A stretch of DNA of 33,715 bases from Octopus sinensis (lineage: Eukaryota). Shown one piece after another: positions 11,846-23,237 of the stretch (position 1 is the stretch's first letter; the number at the start of each line of letters is the position of its first letter). Location: positions 1 through 33,715 of the forward strand of contig NW_021831916.1 in NCBI RefSeq assembly GCF_006345805.1, in the 5' to 3' direction. The translations under genes were made by a program, and so were the position numbers. The notes under the pieces were generated by a model that had not been told where the DNA came from, ran no database searches, and saw only the letters and a program-made list of their open reading frames with translations.

Positions 11846-12717
11846 CGTTGAGGTAGTGAGTAGTTTGTAGGCTGGTTGGCTGGTTCGTCGGTAGATATAT
11901 GTGAGCCGGCGCAATTCGAAGACCCTTCCTCCATGCCACTCTCTCTCATTCTCTCTGTCTCCCTATTCTCACACCTTGTTGACCTCCATAACGAATGCAC
12001 CAGTAAATCCATTTCTAATTACCATTGACCGATATTTTGGTCGCCATATTTGTTAGGTTGTTTTTGTCATATATATATATTTGTTTTTTATATTTTTGTG
12101 TTGTTTGACGAGGCATCGGTGATGGGGGGGGGGGGGGTAAGAGACACGAAGGGGCCGGGGTCGGAACGTCGGCGGGGGGGGGGGGTTTGTAGTGGACGTC
12201 TTCACTGTTGTCTCACCGTCAACGTCACAGAGGCACATTACATTGCGTGGTGCGGTGAGGGGTGACATGGCGTGGCGGGTTTTGATGGGTGCAGGGTAGA
12301 GGTGATGGAGGTGGTGGTGGTGGTGGTGGTGGTGGTGGTGGTGGGTGGTGGTGGTGGTGGCGGAGGGAAATCCCTGATAGTGTTGATGTTAAAAAGGATA
12401 GTGGTGGTGGCGGTGATTGTGGTGGTGTCGGTGACGGTGGTACGTTAATGGTGGTGGCGGTATGGTCATAGTGGTGGTAGGGCGATGTTTTATGAAAGTA
12501 TGTTACCAAATCTTTTACTTAATACAGTCATTGAACTGTGGTCATGCTGGGGCATGGCCTTGGAGGGATTTACTTGAATTTATTTTCTATACTATCAGTC
12601 TCATTGGCCGAACCGCCAAGTAATGAGAGCGTAAACAAACCAACACAGCACAAACTACACAGACTCATACACACACTCATACACACATACATATATATAT
12701 ATATACGGGCGTGTGAA

Positions 12718-12793
<76 letters not shown>

Positions 12794-12905
12794 AAATTAA
12801 GAGGAATGACCACTAAAGTGGACACCTAATATGCTAAACATAGACGTCAAATCGCCATTACCACGTAGAATGTGTTCTCAAAAAAATCTCAGCAAATATA
12901 CATAC

Positions 12906-12936
<31 letters not shown>

Positions 12937-13205
12937 CTATATATATATATATATATATATATAATTATATATTATATATATATATATGTATATATATATT
13001 TATAAAAGAGAAGTTTGAAAACGCCACTATATAAGATAGATTTTAATATTATTTCTCACGAGTCACAACAGAGTCCACGTAGTGGTGTTTTGTGTTGTGG
13101 GAACATAATGGCTGTTTTGTACGTTGACTAGAATCGTTGGCTGTAATAGTGAAAGTGAAAGAGATCCTTAAATTATGTCTCTTTCATATATATATATATA
13201 TATAT

Positions 13206-13610
13206 ACTAGCAGTATCGCCCGGCGTTGCTCGGGTTTGTAAGGGAAATAACTATATAAGCATTTTTAGAGAGTTATAGCCAAAAAAATAGCAAAAAAATG
13301 CATCAAAAATGGAAAAAAATGATGGTATTTTTTTTTTAAATCGTTGACTCATCGTAGAGAGTTACTAGAGAGTTTTTAGAGAGTTACTTCCCTTATATAA
13401 TAGCGAAAAAATGCATTAAAATGGAAAATAAATGATTGTAATTTATTTTTAAATCGTAGACTCATCGTAGACGCGCGCTAATACCCAGAAGGGCTCGATA
13501 TGAATCACGACTATAAGATACCCGGTTTTGGTTAAACTGCACCGCAAAATGTGGGAGTAGTTAGGAATCTAAATCGTAGGAGACAGACACACAACCTTAC
13601 TTTTATATAT
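13206..13610 (+). mobile_element. HINE/DINE-1-like element, copy 2
   Basis: ACTAGCAGTATCGCCCGGCGTTGCTCGGG start and TTTTATATATA end; homologous to 8011-8525; in (TA)n. Confidence 0.7.
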
Positions 13611-13624
13611 ATATATATATATAT

Positions 13625-14445
13625 AACAGGCATAATGTAAGGAACTCTTTTAGTTGTGCAGCCAATAGTAAGAAAAAATTACTTAGCACTCCTAAACCAC
13701 GGACAGAGGCAGGTGGTTCATGCAGGATTAGAAATGAATGCCCTGTGGACGGCCGATGTAACAGCGAGGACACAGTGTACCAAGCAAAGGTAGCCTCAAA
13801 CAGGAGCAACACAAATATCAGTAGCATCAATGTCAACACACTAAAATTTATGTCGGATCTTGTGAATCCAAATTCAAAATTCGCCTGAACAACCACAGAT
13901 CTTCTTTCAGAGTCCTGGAGGACACAACACAACGACACTCGCAGCATACGTATGGCGCCTAAAGGACGATCATACGCCATTTAGCATCAGGTGGAAGTAA
14001 CTAGAAACTTGTGGACCCTATCGCAATGGAACAAGACTATGTAAATTGTGCATGGCAGAAAAATATATTATCATCATGAACTCACATGAGCCAGGAGGCT
14101 TCTGAACTCCAGGACGGAAGCCGTGGGGAGTTGTTCACATTTTCGGAAATTTTTCTTCAAAATAGGAAAACTTATCAAGCGAAGGAAGACAACTCGCCTG
14201 GCCATAAGTTTTTCAGAGGAATATGTCTTCAACTATCACCGGCGTTCTTGTGTTTTTTAAAAAATATTCTTTGCAGAGAACAGTTATCGTTTAGGGAAAC
14301 TAAAGATATGTCTAGTTTACGCTAAATATGAAAAAAATGGGGTTTTTTTCTTCTAAAACTGTTACTTTACATATACAGAAATAAATAACTTCTCTATATT
14401 TCGTAGGGTATGCTCTTTTTCTGATTTTCTGATCTTATAACGAAG
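13625..14445 (+). mobile_element. Penelope-like element 3' relic with GIY-YIG endonuclease
   Basis: With 3 frameshifts and 1 stop: SCRIRNECPVDGRCNSEDTVYQAKV...KIYVGSCESKFKIRLNNHRSSF...TLAAYVWRLKD..FSIRWK*L..CGPY.NGTRLCKLCMAEK...LLNSRTE..GSCSHFRKF (about 13720-14160). Flanked by (TA)n on both sides. Confidence 0.85.
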
Positions 14446-14463
14446 ATATATATATATATATAT

Positions 14464-14513
<50 letters not shown>

Positions 14514-14967
14514 GACATATATATTATTATTATGCATGTATATACAAATATAATATATATATAGAGAGAGAGCGAGAGGGAGGAGAGAGAGAGGGAGAGA
14601 GAGAGTAATAAATAAATAGATAGACAGACAAACCGAATAATCCAAAGCAGTGCGCATGTACGAGAGATAAAAGCACACGCTCCTCTCTTTACCGAAATCA
14701 TATCAGCGTGAAAATCCAATAAATGAATGGAGTTTGATATCGTTGACGAGACTTGTATCTCTTATCAGATACGACGCTTTCTAAATTTGGAACAAGGCAC
14801 CAACACCGGTAGATTGATAGGGAAAGAGGGAGATAACGAAGATAAGATTAGGTGACGTTCATATATTTCTAATAACCATTATCAAACCAAATGAGAAGAT
14901 ATAGGTTAGTTTAGCGTTAATATATTTCATACATATGGCAATATGGCATATAATGTTTGTATGCGTT

Positions 14968-15029
<62 letters not shown>

Positions 15030-15068
15030 AAGACATATGCTTTTATATACATGCTTTTATGTGTGCAG

Positions 15069-16022
15069 GTATGTATGTCATTATTCAGTTTTTATTTCAA
15101 GATTTCTTGCCAATAGAAAAATAACCGGTTTCTAACCAAGATCCAAGGCTCCTTCATTGGAATTTCAACATCAACAACAGGGCATTTTTGTATGTATGTA
15201 TGTAAGTATGTATGTATGTATTCTTATGCATATAGTTGCATATCTAGACATGCTTATATGTATTTAAATGATAAATTTTTGGAAAGTTTTACAGATTTTT
15301 ACAGCTCCAGTGAATGATTGGATCTGTAGTCTTCTGGTTTTGAGAAGCCTAATTTCTCAAGTTTAGTATTTAGGCTGCGTGTTACATATCCCAGAGCTCC
15401 AATTATTAGAGGATAAACCTGAACTTGTAATCTGGATAGAGTAACTGTAGATTTCTCAATAGTTCAGCATTAGGTCTTCTCTTTTCCCCTGATTTTCAGC
15501 TTTATGTTAACATCTACTGGGCAGCTAATTTTCACAACTGTGCACAGTTTCTCTTCTCCATCCCAAATCATTATATCAGGTCTGTTGTGCTTACATTTTA
15601 TTGAGGTCTTCACTGATATATTCCACCAGTATTCCTTTTTATTATGAGTAGGAATGGCTTCTACCATATTGTGGGTTCTTATTACTGTGTCCTCGGGATT
15701 ATCCTTCCGACGGATTTCATTATAGAGTGTCCTAGCTACAACATCATGTCTCATCGGTAGATAATACCGCGATTACATTTTCGGAAAACTTCTTATAATG
15801 TGGGTGATATCTTGAGTGTGGACTCCACAAAGTCTGCACCGGCTGTCACATTTTACTGCTTTTCCTGCATCTCTATCCCTTTTGTGCATCAGGTACCGGT
15901 TGATATTTCCTGTTCCTGGTTTGCAAACGCATACCCTTCAAAGTAGGGGGTAGTAATCCGGCTTTTGGTCCATGATAAACTGCTTTGATGATCGATGTTG
16001 CTATCATCACGGAGCTTTCTAC
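15069..16022 (-). mobile_element. R4/Dong-like non-LTR retrotransposon, 5'-truncated 3' end (CCHC knuckle plus restriction-like endonuclease)
   Basis: IDHQSSLSWT..FEGYAFANQEQEIST...CRLCGVHTQDITHIIRSF...RHDVVAR...HNRPDIMIWD..KLCTVVKISCP...LYPDYKF..PLIIGALGYV, stop at 15264-15266, 3' UTR ending AATAATGA(CATA)n. Decayed by frameshifts and stops. Confidence 0.88.
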
Positions 16023-16026
16023 TAAC

Positions 16027-16136
<110 letters not shown>

Positions 16137-16517
16137 TATATATATATAGTATATTACTTGTTTCTCAGCTAAAGTTTTAATTACTCCAAGACGGTGTTAT
16201 CCCTTCGGTATCGATAAATAACGAAATCAAATGCCCAAAAACTGTTTCTTCTCTCTGCCTACGACACGAAACGAACTCATATCACCGTTGTCGACTGTCT
16301 TCTCGATCTACACATCTTCTTAATGTTCACTCTACAACAAGTCAACAATTCTTCATAAGAACGGTGGGGGAGGATAGTTATACGAGTCCAACCAGTTTTT
16401 ATTTATTTATTTATTTATTTATTTCGGACTTCCACATCTTGACTTGAGCAAAAAGAAAAACACACTTGTGGGTCTCTGACACCACCATATTTGTTTACAT
16501 AATTGGCTTGAAACCCT

Positions 16518-16536
16518 TAGCGCCACCTAGTCGTCA
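16518..16536 (-). promoter_or_regulatory. CTCF-like binding motif
   Basis: TAGCGCCACCTAGTCGTCA resembles the reverse-complement CTCF consensus TAGCGCC(C/A)CCT(G/A)GTGGCCA at 17/19 positions; lies in non-repetitive sequence. Confidence 0.35.
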
Positions 16537-16635
16537 ACAACTCAGCTGAAGTAGTTATTTGAAGGTCAACAGAAAGCAGGAAGATATTTCCACCGAACAA
16601 CGACGCAATAACTCATACTTAATACTGATACTTTG

Positions 16636-16643
16636 TAGTAGTA

Positions 16644-16700
<57 letters not shown>

Positions 16701-16765
16701 TAATAATAACAATAATAATAATAATAATAATATTAACAACAATAATAACAACAACAATAATAATC
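16636..16765. repeat. (TAG)n(TAA)n microsatellite
   Basis: Direct observation. Confidence 0.95.
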
Positions 16766-16964
16766 ACTGCAGCTCGAGTTCTCTTCCCACTTGAGATTAG
16801 CTTTTAATTTCTGTTTCGTTTCACACCGAGTTGGCTGTAATACAACCACCAGCCTCAGACTCAGTTGAAAACATGTTTTTGTAATCTCCCCCTCTCTCTC
16901 TCTTTCTCTCTTACACACACACACAGACACACACACAGACACTTTCCACTCTCTCTCTATTTTC

Positions 16965-17300
16965 CTGGTTGATTGGTTAGAATCGTTAAGAACGCCGAGA
17001 GAAATGCTTTGTGGTTCGAATCCAGCCGAGGACATCTTTGAGTCTAATCCCTTCAACGTCGATAAAAATAAAGTACCAATCAAAAACTGAGGCTTGATGG
17101 TATTGACCAAACCCCTCCCCTCAAAATTACAAGCCTTGTGCCAGAATTAAAAGCCATTACAAAGGTGGTGTCGTCTGCCTTTACTTTCCGGGTTCAAGTT
17201 CGCCTGAGGTCAAATTTGCTTTTCATTCTGGGGTCGATGTAATTGACTAGACCCCGTCACACAAAATTTCGGGCTTTGTGCCCCTATTAGAAGGGATTCT
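16965..17300 (+). mobile_element. Two diverged SINE family B copies in tandem
   Basis: GGTTAGAATCGTT..GGTTCGAATCCAGCCGAGG..GTCGATAAAAATAAAGTACC, then GGGTTCAAGTTCGCCTGAGGTC..GGGGTCGATGTAATTGACT. Confidence 0.65.
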
Positions 17301-17445
17301 TATTATCATTATCATTATCAGCAGCAGCATACTTATTATTATCATCATCAGCGTTATTATTATTATCATTATTATTATTATTATTATTATTATTGAGAGA
17401 GCAGTGCATGTCATCAAAGTGACACTGAGGTAAAATATACGAATG

Positions 17446-17491
<46 letters not shown>

Positions 17492-17621
17492 ATTATTATT
17501 ATTATTATTATTAGTAGTAGTAGTAGTATAGTAGTAGTAGTAGTAGTAGTATGTATGTATGTATGTATGTATGTATGAATTGATAGGATTTCGGTTTGAC
17601 TTGAGGGATATTCTCCCAGGT

Positions 17622-17856
17622 CTCCAGACACATAAACGGTGACATTCATCAAAAAAGTCGCCATTTTATTTAGTTTTTAGGAAAGATATTTAAATGTCTT
17701 TTGTTTTTAGTAGGAAATAAACCGACTCTGCAAAGCATTTTCAAGAAATAACGCCGGATTATTTCAGTGTTGGGACACAGAGGTATTAAGATGATATCAG
17801 GTTGAAAGGAAACGACCATCATTAGACGGATTAAGCTTGATTACTATCGAGATATT
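17622..17856 (+). repeat. Diverged interspersed repeat, copy 1 (unclassified)
   Basis: Colinear with 18812-19033 (CTCCAGAC..GCCATTTT..AAGCATTTT..GATTATTTC..GTATTAAGAT..GGAAAC.ACCATCATT..TATCGAGATATT). Confidence 0.7.
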
Positions 17857-17989
17857 CAGAAATCTACTTTAAATTAAAAAGGAAAAAAAAACGAGTGGAA
17901 ATTTTACAGTTCTGATTTTTAGAAAATACACAAAATCACACAGATGGAGAGATAAACAGATAGACTGACTGACTGACTGAATGACTTAT

Positions 17990-17990
17990 T

Positions 17991-18078
<88 letters not shown>

Positions 18079-18192
18079 TGTTTCTTTATTAGCCACACAG
18101 GGCTGCACAAAGACGGGACAGATTACAAAGTAGAGCTTTTCTTTTTGGGTGAGAGAATATGTATATATATATATAAAGGTGGGGTAAGTTTG

Positions 18193-18271
<79 letters not shown>

Positions 18272-18315
18272 CATACATACATACATACATACATACATAC
18301 ATACATACATACATA
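17990..18315. repeat. Compound (GATA)n, (GA)n, (CATA)n microsatellites
   Basis: Direct observation. Confidence 0.95.
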
Positions 18316-18540
18316 CAAAGGCCGGTGGTGTCGGATAAAGGGAAGAAACCACGAGCCCTCACACCTTATGAGTTATCTGCAGATCGGTCTGAAAACGCTC
18401 TGAATATTACAACAATGGCGGAGACATCGTTAAAACGAGCTTTGATTTTATTTTTTTTGTTTGTTTTTTTTTTGCTTTTTCTAATTATATCATCTTTTCT
18501 AAAATTTATTGTTCGTGTGGTAAGCTACGAAAATTCTTAC

Positions 18541-18758
18541 TTTCCCTCAATTTCCTGTAATTCAGATGGCCTCGTGGTCCCAGTGGACAAAACTGAAAAT
18601 GTGTTGCCACGAAGGAGATACACTGAGACTGCGACTTTGACTCACGGGGGTTGCACTTCCGTTTAGCCATCTCCGGCTCGATGGCGGTGAGCAGGGATAT
18701 GGTCTGGAGGGGCCGGGAACGCCGGAGGTCTCCTGTGCCACAGACTCGATCATAAACC
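18541..18758 (-). CDS. Candidate internal coding exon of an unidentified host gene (218 nt, phase 2 to phase 1)
   Basis: Minus-strand acceptor TATTATTCACTCTCTGAAG| and donor GGGAAA|GTAAGA. One frame is open throughout: VYDRVCGTGDLRRSRPLQTISLLTAIEPEMAKRKCNPRESKSQSQCISFVATHFQFCPLGPRGHLNYRKLRE. GC-rich, non-repetitive island. Confidence 0.55.
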
Positions 18759-18811
18759 CTTCAGAGAGTGAATAATATATTCCCATATGACAAATTTTAC
18801 CGAAATCAAAA

Positions 18812-19033
18812 CTCCAGACGTTCAACGATGACTTTTTTTAAAATAGCAGCCATTTTAATTTCTTTTTTTTTCTTTCTGGAAACGATATTAAGAAGTCAAC
18901 CGGAACTGCAAGCATTTTAAGGAAATGACGTCAGATTATTTCTGTGATGAAACACAAACGTATTAAGATAATACCACGCAGACAGGAAACAACCATCATT
19001 GGAAGGATTAAAGTTGATTATTATCGAGATATT
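18812..19033 (+). repeat. Diverged interspersed repeat, copy 2 (unclassified)
   Basis: Homologous to 17622-17856. Confidence 0.7.
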
Positions 19034-19044
19034 GTGGGATTAAC

Positions 19045-19434
19045 GTGGTATCTTGGGTAAGTGGCTTCTACTATAGCCTCGGGCCGACCAAAGACTTGTG
19101 GCTGGATTTAGTAGACAGAAACTGAAAGAATCCTGTCGTATGTGTATATATTTATGTGTGTCTTTGAGTCTATGTTTGTCCCCCACCACCACCATCGCTT
19201 GACAATAGATGTTGGTGTGTTTACGTCCCCGTAACATAGCGGTTCGGCAATAAGAGACCGATAGAATAGGTACTAGGGTTAAAAAGAATAAGTCCCGGGG
19301 TCGATTTCTTCGGCTTGAAAACAGAGAAAACAAAAGCCTTCAAGGCGGTGATCCAGCATGGCCGCAGTCAAATGACCGACACAAGTAAAAGAATAAAAGA
19401 ATAAAAGAATAAAAGAATAAAAGAATAAAAGAAT
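19045..19434 (+). mobile_element. SINE family A, 5'-truncated, with (AAAAGAAT)n tail
   Basis: Core and 3' half match 20485-20968; the tail is made of AAAAGAAT repeats. Confidence 0.9.
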
Positions 19435-19556
19435 ATATAATAAAACAGGACAGAAATTTTGCAGTTCCGATTTTTAGAACATACACATGTATATATGCAC
19501 ATACACACACACGAACACACACATACGCATACATGCACACACACACACACACACAC

Positions 19557-19611
<55 letters not shown>

Positions 19612-19645
19612 TTATACTTTATTTAAAAGCAGCAGAAAATATAAC

Positions 19646-19692
19646 AAAAGTTGTTGCTCAGAGTTTCACGTTCCCGTTCATCGGACAGTTTT
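19646..19692 (-). ncRNA. Degenerate minimal type-I hammerhead ribozyme motif (HHR2) in a family F arm (19616-19695)
   Basis: Minus strand AAAACTGT CCGATGA ACG GGAA CGT GAAAC TC T GA G C A ACAA: stem II ACG/CGU with a GGAA tetraloop, stem III CUC/GAG. U4C core; U16.1 appears mutated to C, so probably inactive. Confidence 0.6.
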
Positions 19693-19713
19693 GTTATATA
19701 ACATGTGTGTGTG

Positions 19714-19845
19714 TGTGGTAAAAAGTTTGCTTCCCATTAACATGGTTTCGGGTTCAGCCCCACTGCGTGACACCCTGGGAAAATAACCTCGACTACAGCC
19801 TTGGGCCGTCTAGCATGGCCACAGTCCAGTGATTCAAAAAAGTGT
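19714..19845 (+). mobile_element. SINE family A, internally deleted diverged copy
   Basis: Head GTGGTAAAAAGTTTGCTTCCC..CATGGTTTCGGGTTCAGCCCCACTGCG joined directly to the 3' motif TAGCATGGCCACAGTC. Confidence 0.65.
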
Positions 19846-19984
19846 ATGTATGTGTTTTAACGCATCGATTGTTAGTACATATTGATCTATTAATCATCAT
19901 ATGAGGCACCCTAATTGATTCTCCCAGTAGAGTGAATGTGTTGACGTCAGAGGATTATTAGTGGTGGGCATATGGAAGGTCATT

Positions 19985-20032
<48 letters not shown>

Positions 20033-20052
20033 AAGAAGAGAGAGAGAGAGAA

Positions 20053-20135
<83 letters not shown>

Positions 20136-20150
20136 GAGAGAGAGAGAGAG
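19985..20150. repeat. (GA)n microsatellite
   Basis: Direct observation. Confidence 0.97.
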
Positions 20151-20484
20151 ATGATTCTCGTACTTTGTCTGGTGTTTCACTTATGGAAACCAAAGACGCC
20201 GAAAGACAAAACCAGCCACGATGGAATTTTAATCTAAAGCAGATTTTGTGCAGTTACCGTAAAGTTTTTAGTAATGCGACATTTCTTATTATCTGATAAA
20301 GGACTTGCATAGAGAGAATTAAATTAGTTATTGATAAGCAATTGGCGATGATTTCAAATCCTTGCTTACATCCGGCGTTTCGTGCGGTGTCGTTTGGAGA
20401 ATGATATACGATAAGGAGTTGATAATTTCGAATCGATAGTTAGAGATAATCATGAGTATTCGTGTGCGCCTTAGACTCGGCTTT

Positions 20485-20708
20485 GGCGCAGGAGTGGCTG
20501 TGTGGTAAGTAGCTTGCTTACCAACCACATGGTTCCGGGTTCAGTCCCACTGCGTGGCATCCTGGGCAAGTGTCTTCTACTATAGCCTCGGGCCGACCAA
20601 AGCCTTGTGAGTGGATTTGGTAGACAGAAGCTGAAAGAAGCCCGTCGTATATATGTATGTATATATATATATGTGTGTGTGTGTTTGTGTGTGTGTGTCT
20701 GTGTGTGT

Positions 20709-20739
<31 letters not shown>

Positions 20740-20968
20740 CGTATGTGTTTGTGTGTCTGTGTTTGTCCCCCTAGCATTGCTCGACAACCGATGCTGGTGT
20801 GTTTATGCCCCCCTGTAACTTAGCGGTTCGGCAAAAGAAACCGATAAAATAAGTACTAGGCTTACAAAGAATAAGTCCTGGGGTCAATTTGCTCGACTAA
20901 AGGCGGTGCTCCAGCATGGCCGCAGTCAAATGACTGAAACAAGTAATAGAGTAAAAAGAGAGAGAGAG
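20485..20968 (+). mobile_element. SINE family A, full length (tRNA-like head, CORE-like CTTGGGCAAG segment, internal microsatellite, AAAAGAGT tail)
   Basis: GGCGCAGGAGTGGCTGTGTGGTAAG...GGTTCCGGGTTCAGTCCC; near-identical to 29067-29478. Confidence 0.93.
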
Positions 20969-21209
20969 TATTAAGATACACTAATCTATCGAATCTCTAA
21001 AAATATGCTAAAAGACATTGCATTGGACTGACTTATGAGATGTATTCCAGACGTTTTGAGACTTTTGGGGCAGCGGCAGTTACAACTCTCCTAGATTGTT
21101 ATAGTAAATCATTACTTTACATCTAATTAGCTAACTTAACATTTTTTTCAAATCCCAGATTGAAGGAGACGGTTGTAACAACATTTTGAACACATCTTAC
21201 TGAACACTG

Positions 21210-21392
21210 CTTGTTAAGGTAATCCCAACAGATTTTCTACACAAAGTAAAGCCAGCACTAATTTGATACGGCGTTTCGTATCCGAATACGTCTAATATAA
21301 ACAACATAACGCGTACTCGGATACGAAACGTCGTAACAAATCAGTGATGGCTTTACTTTGTGTAGAAAACCTGTTGGGATGACCTTAACAAG
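21210..21392. mobile_element. Palindromic fold-back element (about 82-bp arms) with TTAA at both ends
   Basis: 21210-21292 is the reverse complement of about 21310-21392 with roughly 8 mismatches; TTAA at 21214-17 and 21385-88 bounding GG...CC. Confidence 0.8.
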
Positions 21393-21477
21393 TGAGTTAA
21401 TAGTACTGCTAACACAGTATGACATGGTATTCACTTATAAAGCGTTTAATATACTTTGTAGTACTTTACGGTGGCAT

Positions 21478-21740
21478 GTGGAGGCGCGTGGATTAGTGGT
21501 TAGGATGTCAGCATCATGATCGTAAGGTTGTGGTTTCGATTCCTGGACCGGGCGACGCGTTGTGTTCTTAAGCAAAACACTTCATTACACGTTGCTCCAG
21601 TCCACTCAGCTAGCAAAAATGAGTAACGCTGCGATGGACTGGCGTCCCGTTCAGCTGGGGAACACATACGCCACAGAAACCGGGAAACCGGGCCCATGAG
21701 CCTGGATAGGCTTTAAAAGGGCGCATCTATTTATTTTTAT
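21478..21740 (+). mobile_element. tRNA-derived SINE family C
   Basis: A-box TGGATTAGTGG, B-box GGTTTCGATTCC, CORE-like GTGTTCTTAAGCAAAACACTT..CCACTCAGC, tail GCGATGGACTGGCGTCCCGT. Confidence 0.85.
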
Positions 21741-21821
21741 TATTTACGGTTGCATAACGTAATGCGGTTTCCCTACAAGTCATTAATAAACACTACTTGT
21801 CACAGCTGACTATTTTGTAGA

Positions 21822-22267
21822 ATGCAATCAGGACTGAAGGCAATTTGGAAGCTTGATATGCAATGATGTTTTGTGTTAAGCTGGACAAAAATTCTACAGA
21901 ATCTTGTGAAGTGTTCCAGACTGGTTCTGGGTTAAATTGTGTGAGCCGAGCATCTGCCTTTCGTTGATACAAGAGGCCAGTCAAAGCAAGTCCACCGAGA
22001 AGCTCGTGGTGACTTGCTTTTTTGACAGCAAGGGTTTCATCTACATATATCCAGTGGGACCCTTCTAAGCAGACGGTCAAGAAAGAGTACTATGTGGAGG
22101 TTCTGATGGAGTTCAAAAAGAGATTTCGTCGTAAAAGGCAAGAGCAAGTGCACCAAGACAATGCAACAGTCCGCAATTCTATCCTGGGAACCAAATAATT
22201 GTCAGACAAGGACGTCAAATCTGTTCCTCGTCCTCCTTAAAATCCGGACCTTTCTCCTTGTGACTTT
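21822..22267 (+). mobile_element. mariner (DD34D) transposase relic, internally deleted
   Basis: N-terminal EGNLEA*YAMMFCVKLDKNSTESCEVFQT..CVSRASAFR*YKR joined to QSKST.KL..FFDSKG...KEYYVEVL..HQDNA...NPDLSPCDF; 34 residues between the two C-terminal Asp. Confidence 0.88.
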
Positions 22268-22368
22268 CAGAAGGAGATCAGAGATTTTTTGGCTTCTCGG
22301 AAATTGATAAATGTCTCTTTTGAAAAAGTATAAAAACTTCAGGAATGCACTTTGCAATTATCAAAGAA

Positions 22369-22372
<4 letters not shown>

Positions 22373-22406
<34 letters not shown>

Positions 22407-22813
22407 TATATGTGTGTGTAAGTATGAATGTATGTATATATATATGCATATATGCATGCATACGTACACACATGCACACACATACATACATACATACATA
22501 ATTACATACACATACATTCATACACACACGCACACAAATACGTACATACGCACAAATACATGCATACACACACATACATTCATACACACACATAAATACG
22601 TACATACACACAAATACATACATACACACACATACATATAAACACGCACATACATACACACACAATTACATACATACGCACAAATACATACATACACACA
22701 CATACATACATACGCACACACACACATACATACATACATACATACATACATACATACATACATACATACATACATACATACATACATACATACATACATA
22801 CATACATACACAC
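22373..22813. repeat. Compound (GT)n/(GA)n/(CATA)n microsatellite
   Basis: Direct observation. Confidence 0.95.
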
Positions 22814-23237
22814 ATTAAGTATGCTGGCAACAGGATTTGCAAATTTCGTTGATAACGATAAACTTCAGACACTCGAGACACAGAAACACATTTTTTTCCA
22901 TAATTAGTTAATTAAGTAATGAGTGTCTCTGTCAATAGAATAGAATATACTTCCATTTCTTATCGAATGGGATAGTTTTTCCCACCAGACGACTACGACG
23001 ATAACAACAATAAGAACAACAGCAGTTGTTGATGTTATTGTTGTTCTGACATTTCCGTGAATTTATCGCCCTATCCTAGATTGCTACTTTTGTAAAAGAA
23101 AAAACAAGCCCAAAAGGATAAAAGACAATGTTGGAATTTAGTGTGATTTGAACTCAGGGAACGGTTTTAGAAAAAAGGCCTGTGAAATATTCTGTCCGTC
23201 GCTCAGAAGACCCTATCAGACCTCAATGCTCATCTGA

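Noticed and set aside
14260-14330. Hammerhead downstream of the 13.7-kb GIY-YIG relic
   Set aside because: Only GAAAC and a weak TCTTT/AAAGA pairing; the 5' core is not recognisable.
18325-18666. Plus-strand ORF with an apparent transmembrane helix (MAETSLKRALILFFLFVFF...)
   Set aside because: The hydrophobic stretch comes from a T-rich tract; the plus-strand splice options give a 46-nt intron or stops in all frames; the minus-strand exon explains the island better.
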